A DNA stretch of 64,000 nucleotides from Gracilinanus agilis (GCF_016433145.1 NC_058130.1:596459840-596523839), one strand, 5' to 3'. Shown: positions 50,650 to 62,899, numbered from the stretch's first letter. Translations and numbers: made by a program. The notes: generated by a model not told the origin, from the letters alone.

Positions 50650-51790
50650 AATGAAAATTTTCAGATGAAGAAATCAAAGCTATATGTAAGTATATGAAAA
50701 AATGCTCCAAATTACTACTTATTAGAGAAATGCAAACTAAAACAATTCTGAGGTATCACCTCACACCTAACAGACTGACTAAAATGACAAACTGGTAAAG
50801 TGACAAATGTTGGAGGGAATGTGGAAAAGTGTGTACACTAATATGGTGTTGCTGGAGCTATGAACTGGTCCAACCATTTTGATGAACAATTTGGAATTAT
50901 ACTCAGAGAGTTATAAGACTGTGTATACCTTTAGACCCAGAAATACCATTCCTGGATCTGTTTCCCAAAGAGATCAGGGAAAGAGGGAAAGAATCTATAT
51001 GATCCAAAACATTTATTGCAGCTCTCTTTGTGATGGCAAAGAAATAGAAACTGAGGAGATGTTCATTATTTGGGGAGTGGCTGAACAAATTGTGGCATAT
51101 AATTGTGATGGAATACTACTGAGCCATAAGAAATGATGAACATGTTGATTAAAATAAAACCTAGAAAGAATTATAAGAGACAATGAATAGTTTTGGACAG
51201 GATATGTTATTTAGATATGAAGAAAAGTAAGCTAAATATATAGGAGATTTGTGAGATTTCATTTATATAGTATATAGTATATAGTATTGTATAGTATATA
51301 TANGAATTATACTCAGAGAGTTATAAGACTGTGTATACCTTTAGACCCAGAAATACCATTCCTGGATCTGTTTCCCAAAGAGATCAGGGAAAGAGGGAAA
51401 GAATCTATATGATCCAAAACATTTATTGCAGCTCTCTTTGTGATGGCAAAGAAATAGAAACTGAGGAGATGTTCATTATTTGGGGAGTGGCTGAACAAAT
51501 TGTGGCATATAATTGTGATGGAATACTACTGAGCCATAAGAAATGATGAACATGTTGATTAAAATAAAACCTAGAAAGAATTATAAGAGACAATGAATAG
51601 TTTTGGACAGGATATGTTATTTAGATATGAAGAAAAGTAAGCTAAATATATAGGAGATTTGTGAGATTTCATTTATATAGTATATAGTATATAGTATTGT
51701 ATAATATATATATATATATATATATGAGATTTCATTTATATAGTATCTTTTTTTCTTTACATATGGAAATGATTGTTTTGTAAACAATAA
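50650..51790 (+). mobile_element. L1 ORF2 3' end and 3' UTR, containing a 400-bp duplication
   Basis: ttttcagatgaagaaatcaaagc...agagaaatgcaaactaaaacaattctgaggtatcacctcacacc, the canonical L1 ORF2 C-terminal region. Confidence 0.85.
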
Positions 51791-52424
51791 AAAAGAAAAT
51801 TTTACAATGGGCTCTTATGAACCAGTCCAATCTGGCTGTAATATATCTCTGCAATGAGGGCAATAACAGTTCACAAAATAGGGGAATATTTTATATAGAT
51901 GGTAGTTCAACCCCTCTTGGACTCCACTTGGCTTTTGAAGTTCTTCCCACCTCTAAGATTCTGCAATTGTTTGCATTCTAGGCTTTGAAGATAACCCTGA
52001 AATTCTATGACACTGTACATTTTCCAAAAAAGTATTTATGGATTATAATGCAGTTTGCATTAGATAAGTTACCATTTTTTTTTGCCAAGAAGGGGATTTA
52101 AGCCTTTTGTATCCTTTTAGAGATACAAAATGAGGAAATAATGAGGGGCGTGGGGGACAGAAAATGGCTTAAACTATTGTCTTCTGGAGAATCATGTTCC
52201 TCTAGCTAGCTAAAGGACCAACTAAATTGGATTGCCTAGCAGTTTTTTTAGGGAGTGGTGTAAGCTGGGAAACCATAAAAAGGGACAATGAGAGCCAATC
52301 ACTAAGAATCTCCATTCATACTGTAGGAGTTGGAAACTTTTTAAGGATCAAGAATCATTTTGGGGTAATACTCTTAGGCTTTATCTTTTCAAAGATCTGC
52401 ATTTATGTATGATTTATGTATGGA

Positions 52425-52803
52425 GTGTGATGGGCAAACTACAGCCCATGGGCCAGATGCAGCCCCCTGAAACAGGGGTCGTCAATGTATGGCTCTTTCT
52501 GCAGGAGCCATAAAGTCAATTTTTTTTCAGGCGCTGTTACAGGAGCGGGCACTGTGAGCACTGTACGGCTCTCACGAAATTATATTTTAACAAATGTGGC
52601 GTTTATGGCTCTCATGGCCAAAAAGGTTGCTGACCCCTGCCCTGAAATGCTCTATCCTGCCCCGGGACATTATTCCTAATCTGACGAATACAATGAGTCG
52701 GATACAACACAATGAAACTTCGAAAGAGTTGCCTTAGAAACAGACTGCCAGATGAACATTTCCTTTCCTTTGGCCCCCTCTTTAAAAAGTTTGCCCATCT
52801 CTG
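52425..52803. mobile_element. hAT MITE (host of about 204 bp without its insert)
   Basis: TIR cores gatgggcaaact / agtttgcccatc. The left terminus is mutated and no TSD is seen. Confidence 0.8.
52473..52639. mobile_element. hAT MITE (167 bp) nested within another MITE
   Basis: TIRs caggggtcgtcaa / ttgctgacccctg and perfect 8-bp TSD ccctgaaa (52465-52472, 52640-52647). About 90% identical to 46301-46470. Confidence 0.95.
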
Positions 52804-53084
52804 GACTAGACTATAAAGAGGTTCTATGGTTTGTACGAGATCATAAAGCCAGTACATTTCAAAGGTTGGATTGGTTTGAACCCTGGTCTTTCTGACTCTG
52901 AGGCCATGATGATGGAATTATTTTTTATGGATTTCACAGGTACTTGTGTGGATATTTTTTATTTTACTTTTTACTAATGAATACAGTTTAATAGAAAGGT
53001 CAAATAATCAATGTTATCTTGGAAATATATTTAGTGTGATAAGACTTTTCAAGGAACATCCTCTATAAAACACACACATGCATA

Positions 53085-53087
<3 letters not shown>

Positions 53088-53157
<70 letters not shown>
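53088..53157. repeat. Compound (CT)n(AT)n microsatellite
   Basis: Direct reading. Confidence 0.95.
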
Positions 53158-54241
53158 CTTAAAATATATTTTCTTAATTTAAAACATATTAGTATAAATG
53201 CTTTAGGAACCAGAGAGAAGGACCCAAGCTTGGCTGAATGGAAGCCAGTTTGGGGGGATTGCTAAATGGGAGAGCAAACACAAGAGGGATATCTCAGTGG
53301 GTCACTCAGTGCTTTCAAATGTGAGGGAGAAAACAGAATATGAGTTCTGGATTTGAGCTCTACTCTTCTCCAAACAACAAATTGGTTGTTCAGAATAAGT
53401 TAAGGTTTGGTGAGATGAATCAACACATAGGTACAGACTCATTCATTTATTTTGGCTCCAAGAACTTTACTCTGTACATAAAAAGCCATATGCATCACTG
53501 GAGCCAAATGCTGACCCCTGGTATAGTGGAAAGTCCCACCCTTTTTCCAGACCACATTCCAGGTGAAACAGAGGGAAGCACTGTAATACAGTGGGAACAA
53601 CATTGGACTGATAGTCAAGATCTCCGTGTTCCACTCTGCCACTAATTAGCCATGTGATCTTGGGCCAGCACTATGGCCATGTGCTCAGCTGCAGGAGAGG
53701 AAGGATTGCCTGCCAGCAGCTAGGTCTGGGGCTTACTGCTTGTTGCTTCAGGACTGCGGAGCAGAAGGAGGGAGAGGAAGGGAGGGAGAGAACTAGAAAT
53801 TTCAAATGTGGACTGAAACACAAACACAAATCAGGCTTACATGGGATAAATTAGCAAAATGAACAGTCAAAATTAGATTCACCCATTCGGGAGAAAAGAA
53901 AGATAGAATGACAGAGGTCAGGAACTGGAAGCCAGAAGTATGAAGAAGTTGATTGAGTGGGTGAAAATCAAATGCCTCATGATAAGGAGTCACTCTGCTG
54001 CCTCTTTTTCTTGTAGAATCAGGCTGCACCATCCACAACTATCTTTACATATTAAAGAAGAAAATCCAAAATTCAGTAATCTAGGGCTGGGAGACACCTC
54101 AGGGACCCTTTAGCCAACCCTCTTATTTTACAGATGAGAAAACTGTATTCCTCTATATTGGGAACCAGACACCTAACCCCTCTCCATCAGTAAAATGAGG
54201 TTTGAGAGGAAATGATCTGTAGGGTCAGTTTTAGTTTTTAA

Positions 54242-54441
54242 TTTTTTAATTTTTTTTTTTAATTTTAAACCCTTAACTTCTGTGTATTGACTTATAGGTG
54301 GAAGAGTGGTAAGGGTAGGCAATGGGGGTCAAGTGACTTGCCCAGGGTCACACAGCTGGGAAGTGTCTGAGGCCGGATTTGAACCTAGGACCTCCCGTCT
54401 CTAGGCCTGGCTCTCAATCCACTGAGCTACCCAGCTGCCCC
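54242..54441 (-). mobile_element. Young SINE1_Mdo-type SINE inserted in a MIR-like relic
   Basis: 17-bp TSD tcagttttagtttttaa at 54225-54241 and 54442-54458. Confidence 0.93.
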
Positions 54442-55589
54442 TCAGTTTTAGTTTTTAAAGTGTGATTCTGTTCCTAAATTTGAGATTGAAAATGTAATAA
54501 CATTATTTTAAAAACCTTTTTTAAAGGCTAGAACTCTGATCAGTGCAACAAACAACTGTGATTGCAGGGGGCTGAAAATGAAATACGTTTACCTCCTGAA
54601 AGAGAGGGGATGGACTAGAGATGCAGAACGAGGCACATATCTTTAATCATATACAATGTGGGAAACTGTTTGAATGAACTACACATATTATGGTGGTTCC
54701 CCTTCTTTTTTTTTTCTAATTGTTCAACTAGGGGCATGGGAAAGAGAAAGAATAAATGATTATAAAATAAACAAATTTAAAATTTAATAGAAAATTAAAA
54801 ATGTAAAAATGAATAAAAATGGTTCATTAATATACTCTGGGAAAGAAAAATGTTTTTGATGAAAGACCTCAGATAGCAGAGAAGTGGGAAAACTTTGGAA
54901 AAGCAGAGAAATGAGCTAAATGACTAGAGCGAACAGGCTTATGATCCTTTTTTTGCTTTGTGTTCTACTAAAATTCCTTCTTTGGTTCATTAAAGGACAA
55001 CAGTCAGGTAAATTTAAATTTGCAACTACTGCTTAAAAATTTCAGAAAGGATAAATCCCCAGAAAACAATATCTTAGTCTTGTACCTTGTTCTTCAAGGG
55101 CTCCCAGACTGTCTTTTATACCAGGTGCAATGAAGGTAAAAAAAAGAAATTCCACTGGAAGGCGATATGATATTGTGAAGATCATTGCACCAGTCTAGTT
55201 GTAGCTGACTACTAACTAGTAGTAAATCTCCAGTGCTGGAGCATTACCTAGCATCCAGCAAATTAGACTTGGTCCCATCAAGATTTATAGCATGATGACA
55301 GCAGTCATCTTGGAGAATGCCAGAATTTAGCTGTCCTTTCACTGTTAACCTCTTTAAACATACAATCTTACAGTTTATATAGAATGTTCTGCCATAAGGA
55401 GTTTTGGTTCTAGAAGTGTGAATGGTAGAGAAAAGAGAGGGAATGATAGAGGAGGGAAGGGAAAGTGAGGAAGGAAAAGGAGACGAGGGAAAGGAAGGGG
55501 GAAAGGAGAAGAGAAAGGAATGGAAGGAGGGCAGGGGAGGAGAGGAGAATGGCAAATAAGAGGAAAATGGATTTTCACTCTATGGACAT

Positions 55590-56140
55590 TTTGCCTTCTC
55601 TCTTTTCTAATGACTCATATTTTAAGTCATGATTTTTCTCCCTGAGTTACGCACTCCCTGTCTGCACCCAAGTGCACTGACGCATTCTCTTGCTATACAC
55701 AGGTTTGCCCATTTAATCAACCGTGGCTGTTCACTTCACATAGAGCATGTCACATTTGACAGGTTTATCACAAGACTGTGGGGTCTATTTTCCACTGCAC
55801 CAAGGAAACCTTCCCCATTAGTGATAGCAGGAGTTATGTTTATGCATGAAGAGAGAATGTTCGATTGGGCATTTCCATTTCTCTATTGCAGGCTTGAGCC
55901 CAGCTCCCACTTATCAAGTGGGCCTATTAGCAGATATTTGACGACATTGGGGAATCAATCCTCTGTACATGGACTTGTACTTCAAAAATAATTGTTGCTC
56001 GCTGCTGGTAAAGATCTTAGCAATGTCCAAGCTTTAATGGTGAAATGAATGGCCTTCCCCTCCCATACCAGATTATTTACTTGCAATCATTAAAGGTCCT
56101 GGACCTAAGATCCGGATGAAATCCTTCCCAATGAAATTCT
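55590..56140. promoter_or_regulatory. Repeat-free, CpG-retaining island; putative conserved non-coding element
   Basis: Several CpGs in a CpG-poor window (ttacgc, tgacgc, accgtg, ttcgat, gacgac, ctcgct, tccgga). TGACAG and GATAA motifs. No convincing ORF on either strand. Confidence 0.45.
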
Positions 56141-56868
56141 GAGCTGTGCTATTTTTGCTGATCTGAAATATCAACTTTTCCTACATGTTAATAAAGAGTT
56201 TCCTCCCCTAAGGTAGAGGCTGAAATAAATGGTCGATATATGGCTATGATTCCAGGTTTGACTCTGCAGCTAACTAACCATGGGGCCTTTTGGCATATAT
56301 CATCTTACCTCTTAGCACCTCAATTTTCTCATCTATAAAATGAAGAGCACTAGCTAAGATTTGTGGGATAGTGAGAAAATTATGGGCTAAAAGTAAGGAG
56401 ATTTTGACTTGGGACTGATTTTTGTACCTAAATAGCTATGTAACCATGAGAGGTACATGGTTCAGATGAAAAAAAAGGCAGGTTTTAGAGTAAGGAGAAT
56501 TTCAAAAAACAACTTGATCAGTTATAATCTGTGTGATATTAAACCAATTATTTACTCCTATTGATCTTTAAAAAGACATTAGTAAAATCTATAGTATTTA
56601 CCTTATCAGGCTATTGAGAACTAAATGACATAAATTATATAAAGGACCTCTCTGGACCTCAGTTTCCTCATCTGAAATGAAAGGGCTAACAGATTTGTCA
56701 TACAGAGGAAAATAATGGATGAGGAATAAGGGAGGACATCTGGGTTTAAGATTCATCTTTCTTGCCAAGGGAGTATGTGAATTTGGCCAGGCTTTAGGAG
56801 GTGAAGATGGGGGAGTGCTGGGGTTGTCATGGTTTCCTTTTATGTAACATGAAGGGATTAAGCTAGAT

Positions 56869-57349
56869 CCATAGTTCTCAAATTTTTTATTTCAGAACCC
56901 ATTTTCACTCTTAAAAATTATTGAAGACTGCCTCAAACAACTTTTGTTTATGTCATATCTATTGTTGTTTATTGTATTAGAAAATAAAACTGATAAACTT
57001 AATATTTATTCATTTACAAACAACAAACCAAAATAAATATATTTTTCAAAACAAAAAAAATAGTGAGAATGGTAATATTATTTTATATATTTTTCTAAAT
57101 CTCTCTGTACAGCCTAATATAATACAGCTGGATTCTCATATATTCTTGATTCATTTTGTGGCAACATTGTTATTTTAATTGAAATTTAGGAAGAAAATAA
57201 AGCTTCAACATTAGAAATTGGAATAGGGAAGAGTTTTTTAATAGTCAAATAATATCAGTATTTTTGTGAAAATAGTTTTGACCTTGTATATCCTTGAAAG
57301 CATCGTGGGAACCCTCATGAGTCCAAGGACAGCACTTTGAGAACTGCCG
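56869..57349. mobile_element. Ancient hAT-Charlie (Charlie1-like) deletion derivative
   Basis: Degenerate TIRs (..gttctcaaa / tttgagaac..) and left end cactcttaaaaattattgaagac...cttttgtttatg. Confidence 0.65.
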
Positions 57350-57579
57350 GCTAACATAATCTCGAAGGTTATACCTATGATATTCTAAGATTTTGTGAAC
57401 AGGACAGAATTATTCCTCTAAGTAATGATTTTATAACCTGTTAATATGTACAGCCTGCTTTTCTGTATTTTGTCAATACAATTTTGTTTTTTATGGGTTG
57501 AAGCGCTTCAAGGGTTCTCAAAATTGGTGCTTCATTAATTTATTTTGTGGCAAAATATATTCCTTTAGTTTAGTTTTAG

Positions 57580-57830
57580 TTGGTGGTACACTGAATAGAA
57601 CACTGGGCCTGGAGTAAGGAAAACAAGACATAAGTTCAAATCCAACCTCAGACCCTATCTATGTGACTGTGTAAGTCACTTACCATGTACCAGTTTCCTC
57701 AAATCTAAAATGGAGATCATAACAGCATCTAACTCCCAGCATTGTGAAGATCAGTGAGCTATTTTTGTAAGATACCTGGCATAATGTCTGGAACATAGCA
57801 GATGCTTAATAAATTTTTGTTTACTTCCTT
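57580..57830 (+). mobile_element. MIR SINE
   Basis: gaatagaacactgggcctggag...cagtttcctc..aatctaaaatggag...tgcttaataaat. Confidence 0.75.
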
Positions 57831-60139
57831 CAGCTGGTTGAACAGATATCTACACCATGCTTATGAGAATACTATTTAGTGTGAGAATCAAATATAAAAC
57901 CCTCAAGAAACTTAGAGTCTAGTCAGAGAAACTAAAAGATTAATAACTTCAAAAGAGAATCAATAGTCCAAGATAGTTTATTATAGTTTTTAATTGTGAA
58001 ATCTATAGACCATAATTGTGTAGAGACTCTAAGAGGAAATCCTTGTAGACAGGGAGAGTAGTACAGGAAAGAAGAACAGAATCTTATTAAAGGATGTATC
58101 AGGTGAAAGAAAGATCTTTGGATTTGGAGAAGATTCCTTGGTTTAAATTTCACTTCTGCTTTTTACCAGTCATCTTTTATACTGATTCTCCCATTAATTT
58201 ATGCTCATGACTATGGAGTAGAAGATATTTGTTCAGTCAACTGAGGAAAGGAAACAAACATTTATTAAGCACCTACTATGTTTCAGGAATTATTATGATC
58301 CACATTTTAGAGTCGAGGAAACTCATACAGAGTAAGTCACTTACTCAGTCATGCAGATAGTGTCTGAGGTTGGATTTGAACTCCTGGCTTGTCTTCCTGA
58401 CCCCAGTCCCAGTGCTCCATCTAATGAACTACCAACTAACCTAGATTAAAGGAATATATTCTATTACAAAATAAATTGGAGAAGCACCAAAGTCAAGAAC
58501 TGCTAATGAACCTCAAACCCACCAAAAAGTACTTAAAGGTTAAATTATTAATGAAATTAGTGAAATTGCAAAATTACAGCTTGTAAATGTCTGAGGCTAT
58601 ACTTAAACCCAATGTCAACCTGACTCCGTGGGCAGTTCTCTCTATTCATATCATATATCACATATAATATAACATGCCATACCATATTGAGAGAAGTCTA
58701 CAAACTATGTTACCACAAGGAAATCACTTAGCAGCTCTATGACTTTATTTACAAAGAAGATGTTAATATGTAATAGCAAGGGCAGGTTCCTTTCCTGGAG
58801 ATCCTTCCCTCCAACAGAGGTGTGAAACACAGCAGGGTGGATGCATGTTCCATACTTCCAAGGGTAGCCAGAACTAGATTAAAATGTAATTGAAAAATAT
58901 TTAACAAAAATAAAAATTCATTAAAACACAAAAATCTTTCCATTAAAAAACTAAGTCAATATACAGCCAGCAGGAATCTTTTATAGGATTTGGGGGTGCC
59001 AGTTTCTGTTTGTGTTTGATGCCATTGTCCTAAATCACAGAGAACAAAGGTTGAGAATTATCCCCCCCCCCCATTAAATGGATGTATGGCTACATACCCC
59101 CCCAGTCTGTGTGTGCATATATATATATGTACATATATAACACATTATATAAGTATGCCAAATTTAAATTGAAAGTTCTGATTTTGTAGAGATTTAGATA
59201 AATTAAGAGATTGAAACCTCTGATGTCTTTTCTATTCTTTCCTTGGGCTCTAGAAGACCTTCAAATGTAATAAATACTTAATTATTGGGAGAACAACCAC
59301 AGAGAAATAGTTATATTGTGAGGTCCTAGATATCACAAAGATAATGTCAGATAATTTTTAAGTCATTGATTAATGCCTATGAGAAGAATTTATTCCTATA
59401 AGAGGTCAATGTAGAAAATTACTATATCATTCTCTTGCAATGGAAGAGTTCTCTTTCAATTGACTCATTATGTCCTACCACTTATTAATAACTTAGCCAG
59501 GTATTATTCCAAGAATGGCAACTCTTGAAAAGCATCTAAGGAAAATAAAATTTTTAATTATTTGAATCAAAAGAAGCATACTTTCTACTATCTTTGACTT
59601 ATAATTGAAAAATCATTAATAATTAGGACATAGTTCACTTAAATTAAGAGACAAAAAGGGTGCTAATATTCAAAACATTTCCTTACTTTGCAATCTTCTA
59701 AGACAAAATAAAGTTGATTCTTTCTAGTGAAATAGGAATTTGTTATTGAAAACAAATACTAATAAATAGTTAATTAAAAGATATTGCTATTACATTGGTA
59801 ATAATTGAACCAATTCTACAGGGAAATAAATGGGATATGTGGTGGTAAAAAAGTAAGAGAGAAGAAACAATAAATAGAAAAGAATATATTTTTAGAAAAA
59901 TCACCATTAGTTAGTCCCTTAGTCATGATTTCCCCACTGTCCCCTATGTGTATAAATTGCTCTTGGGATCTAGGGAATGAAAGATCAATAATAGTTTAGG
60001 GATGGAGAAATTATGGTCTCTTTGAGGGAAATTTGTTTTGCTTGGGTGGGCAGGGAACTATTTTTTCCAGTTTATTTCATTAAATATATATATATATGTA
60101 TTATATGTATATGTATATATGTATGTATATGTGTATATT

Positions 60140-62460
60140 TGGCCTTTATTAGAGAAACACCATACAGTTTTTACAGTTATGATTACTGTAGTTTTTCCTC
60201 TGTCCTAATTTGCTCCCTATTTATCCTACTCTCTCTATCTCTCTCCTTTTCCCCTATCCATCCTCAAAAGTGTTTTACTTCTAACCACTATGCCCACCGG
60301 TCAGCACTCCTCCTCTAACAATCCTATCCCTTCTCTTATCCCCTTCTCTTCCAATTCCTATAGGGTAGAATAAATGTCTATGTCCAACCAAGGATTTTTG
60401 TTTTCCACTTTTTGAGCCAGTTTTGATGAAAGTAAGGTTTAAGTACTCCCTTTACAACCTCTCATTTTCTTCTTTACTGTAGAAAACCTTTTGTGCCTCT
60501 ATTATATGAGATAATTTACTCCATTCTACCTCTCTCTTTTTTTCCTTCTCTCTCGTACTAGTGTGTTCTTCTTTCTGATCCCTTAATTTTATTTTTCTAG
60601 GTATCATCACATCATATTCAATTCACACCTCTGACTATGTATACTCCTAACAGTCATAATGATAAAGTTCTTACAAGTTAAAACTATCATTTTCCATATA
60701 GGAATGTAAAAAGTTTAACATTACTGAATCCCTTAAGGTTTCTCTTTTCTGTTTATCTCTTTATGCTTCTCTTGTATCTTGTAATGAGAGTCAAATTTTC
60801 TATTCAGATGTGGTCTTTTCATTAGGAAAGATTTAAAGTTCTCTATTTCATTTAATAACCATTTTCTTTCTGCTCAGTTTTGCTGGGTAAATGATTTTTT
60901 GGTCATAATCCTAGCTCCTTTGTCCTCCAGAATACCATATTCCAGGTTCTTTGATCCTTTAATATAGAATCTATTAATTTGTATTATCCTGACTTTTGCT
61001 CCACAATATTTGAATTGTTTCTTTTTTGATTCCTTGCTATCTTTTCTTCTTGACCTGAGATTTCTGAAATTTAGCTATAATATTCCTAGGAGTTTTCATT
61101 TTTGAATTTTTCAGGAGGTGACCAGTGGATTATTTCAATTTTTATTTTGCCCTCTGGGTCTTGAATATCAGGGAAGTTTTCCTCATTAATTCTTGAAAGA
61201 GGATGTCTACACTCTTTTCTTCATCTTTGTATTCAAGTAGTTCAGTAATTCTTAAATTATCTCTCTTTGATCTATTTTTCAGGTCAAGTTGTTTTTACAA
61301 TGAGATATTTCGCATTTTTCTATCTTTCCATTCTTTTTATTTATTTTATTATTTCTTGACATCTCATGAAATCATTAGCTTCTACTTGCCTTGTCCTAAT
61401 TTTTAAGGAATCATTTTAGTGGGCTTTTGTACCTCCTTTTTCATCTGATCAATCTTACTTTTTATAAAGTTCTTTTCCTCAGTGAATTTTTGTATATATT
61501 TTCCCATGTGGCCAATTATGCTTTTTTAAAATAGCTGTCTTTAGTGGATTGAGTGCCTCTTTTGCCATTTGGCCTATTATTTGTTTTAAGCTGTTATTTT
61601 CATTGTTTATATATTTTATTTTTCCCCAATTGCAATGCAAAAACTGTTTTTAACACTTAAAAATTGATTTTCAAATTTCCTCCCTCCCTCCCAATTTTTC
61701 TCCCTTCCTTCCTCTCTGAAATGGTAAACAATCTGACATAGATTTTATATATACAATCTTCTAAAACATTTTCCCATTAAGATGGTATTTTCCTCAATAT
61801 TTTTTGCCTTCTTTACAAATCTATGAACTTTTTTCATGATTTTCTTTCATCACTTTCATTTCTATTCCCAATTTTCCTTTTACCTTTATTGTTCTTTAAA
61901 ACCCTTACCCTCTGTCTTAGAATCAATACTAATTATTGGTTGTAAGGCAGAAGAGCAGTAAGGTCTAGAAAACTGGAAGCTAAGTGACTTGCCCAGTCAC
62001 GGAGCTAGGAAGTATCTGAAGCCAAGTTTGAACCCAGGATCTCTAATCTCTATGGCTAGCTCTCAATTCACTGAGTCATTTAGCTTTCCTCTACTAATAG
62101 ATTTTTCAAATCCTTCTTGAGCTCCTTTAGGAATTTTTTTGTGGTCTGAGACCAATACATTTTTTCTTTGATCCTTTGGATACAGCATTTGGCTTTTTTT
62201 CTCTTCTAAGTTTGTGTTTTGGTCATCTCTGTATCCATAATTATTTTCCAAGGTGATTTTTAAATGTTTTTCTCATTTCCTAAGACTTTTTCTTTACTTC
62301 TAACTTAAAAAACCCCCAACACATTAAAGTTGAACTCTGCTCCTAGAGTGGATAAGGCACTGTCCAAACTTTAGATGGCTGCTTTCAGAGCTAGTTCTGG
62401 AGATCTATAAGTTTTCAGTTATTCAAAGATGGTATTATCTAAGGATAGTTGTACTTATTA
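60140..62460 (-). mobile_element. L1 5' half (ORF1 and spacer) with a nested L1 3' fragment (61601-61777) and a SINE (about 61900-62095)
   Basis: Antisense ORF1 text (ggaggtgaccagtggatt, ttcttgaaagaggatgtc). ORF 62063- resembles the ORF1p N-terminal region. Confidence 0.8.
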
Positions 62461-62899
62461 CTCTCCTATCCTGTGCTTTGGTCTTTGATTGACCATAAGC
62501 CTTTTTCTTCATGGAATTGTGACAAGGATCTTAGCTCCCCTGTGGCTGCAAGTGGGAGAGATCAGGCTGGTCCTTGCTTTTTCCCTACCATCTTGATTAT
62601 GCCTTGGGGGACTTTTGAAAGAAAACTCTTTTTCTGGTTAAAATCAACTGATCATTCTATTAGCATTGAATAAACATTTCCTTTGGTATTTGAGCAACTT
62701 TGGGTAAGTCTATCTGTTAAATCATTTTCCTTTAAGCACCAAAAATTTAAGAGCTCTGATAGGATCAAAGATCTTGAGCTGAAAAAATGATCTTGGGTGT
62801 CATTTAATTGAGACCCTTACTTTTCAGAAAAAGGAAACTGAGACCTAGAAAGGCAAAATGGCTTCATAAAGTTACACAAGTATGAGTATCAGAAGTAGG

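Noticed and set aside
53746-53766. ttcaggactgcggagcagaag as a REST/RE1 site
   Set aside because: Too many mismatches to TTCAGCACCnnGGACAGCGCC, including in both half-site cores.
55372-55409. TKTPYGRTFYIN as part of a WW domain
   Set aside because: The flanking signature tryptophans are absent in this frame and it matches no WW protein I know. Kept only within the exon-chain hypothesis.
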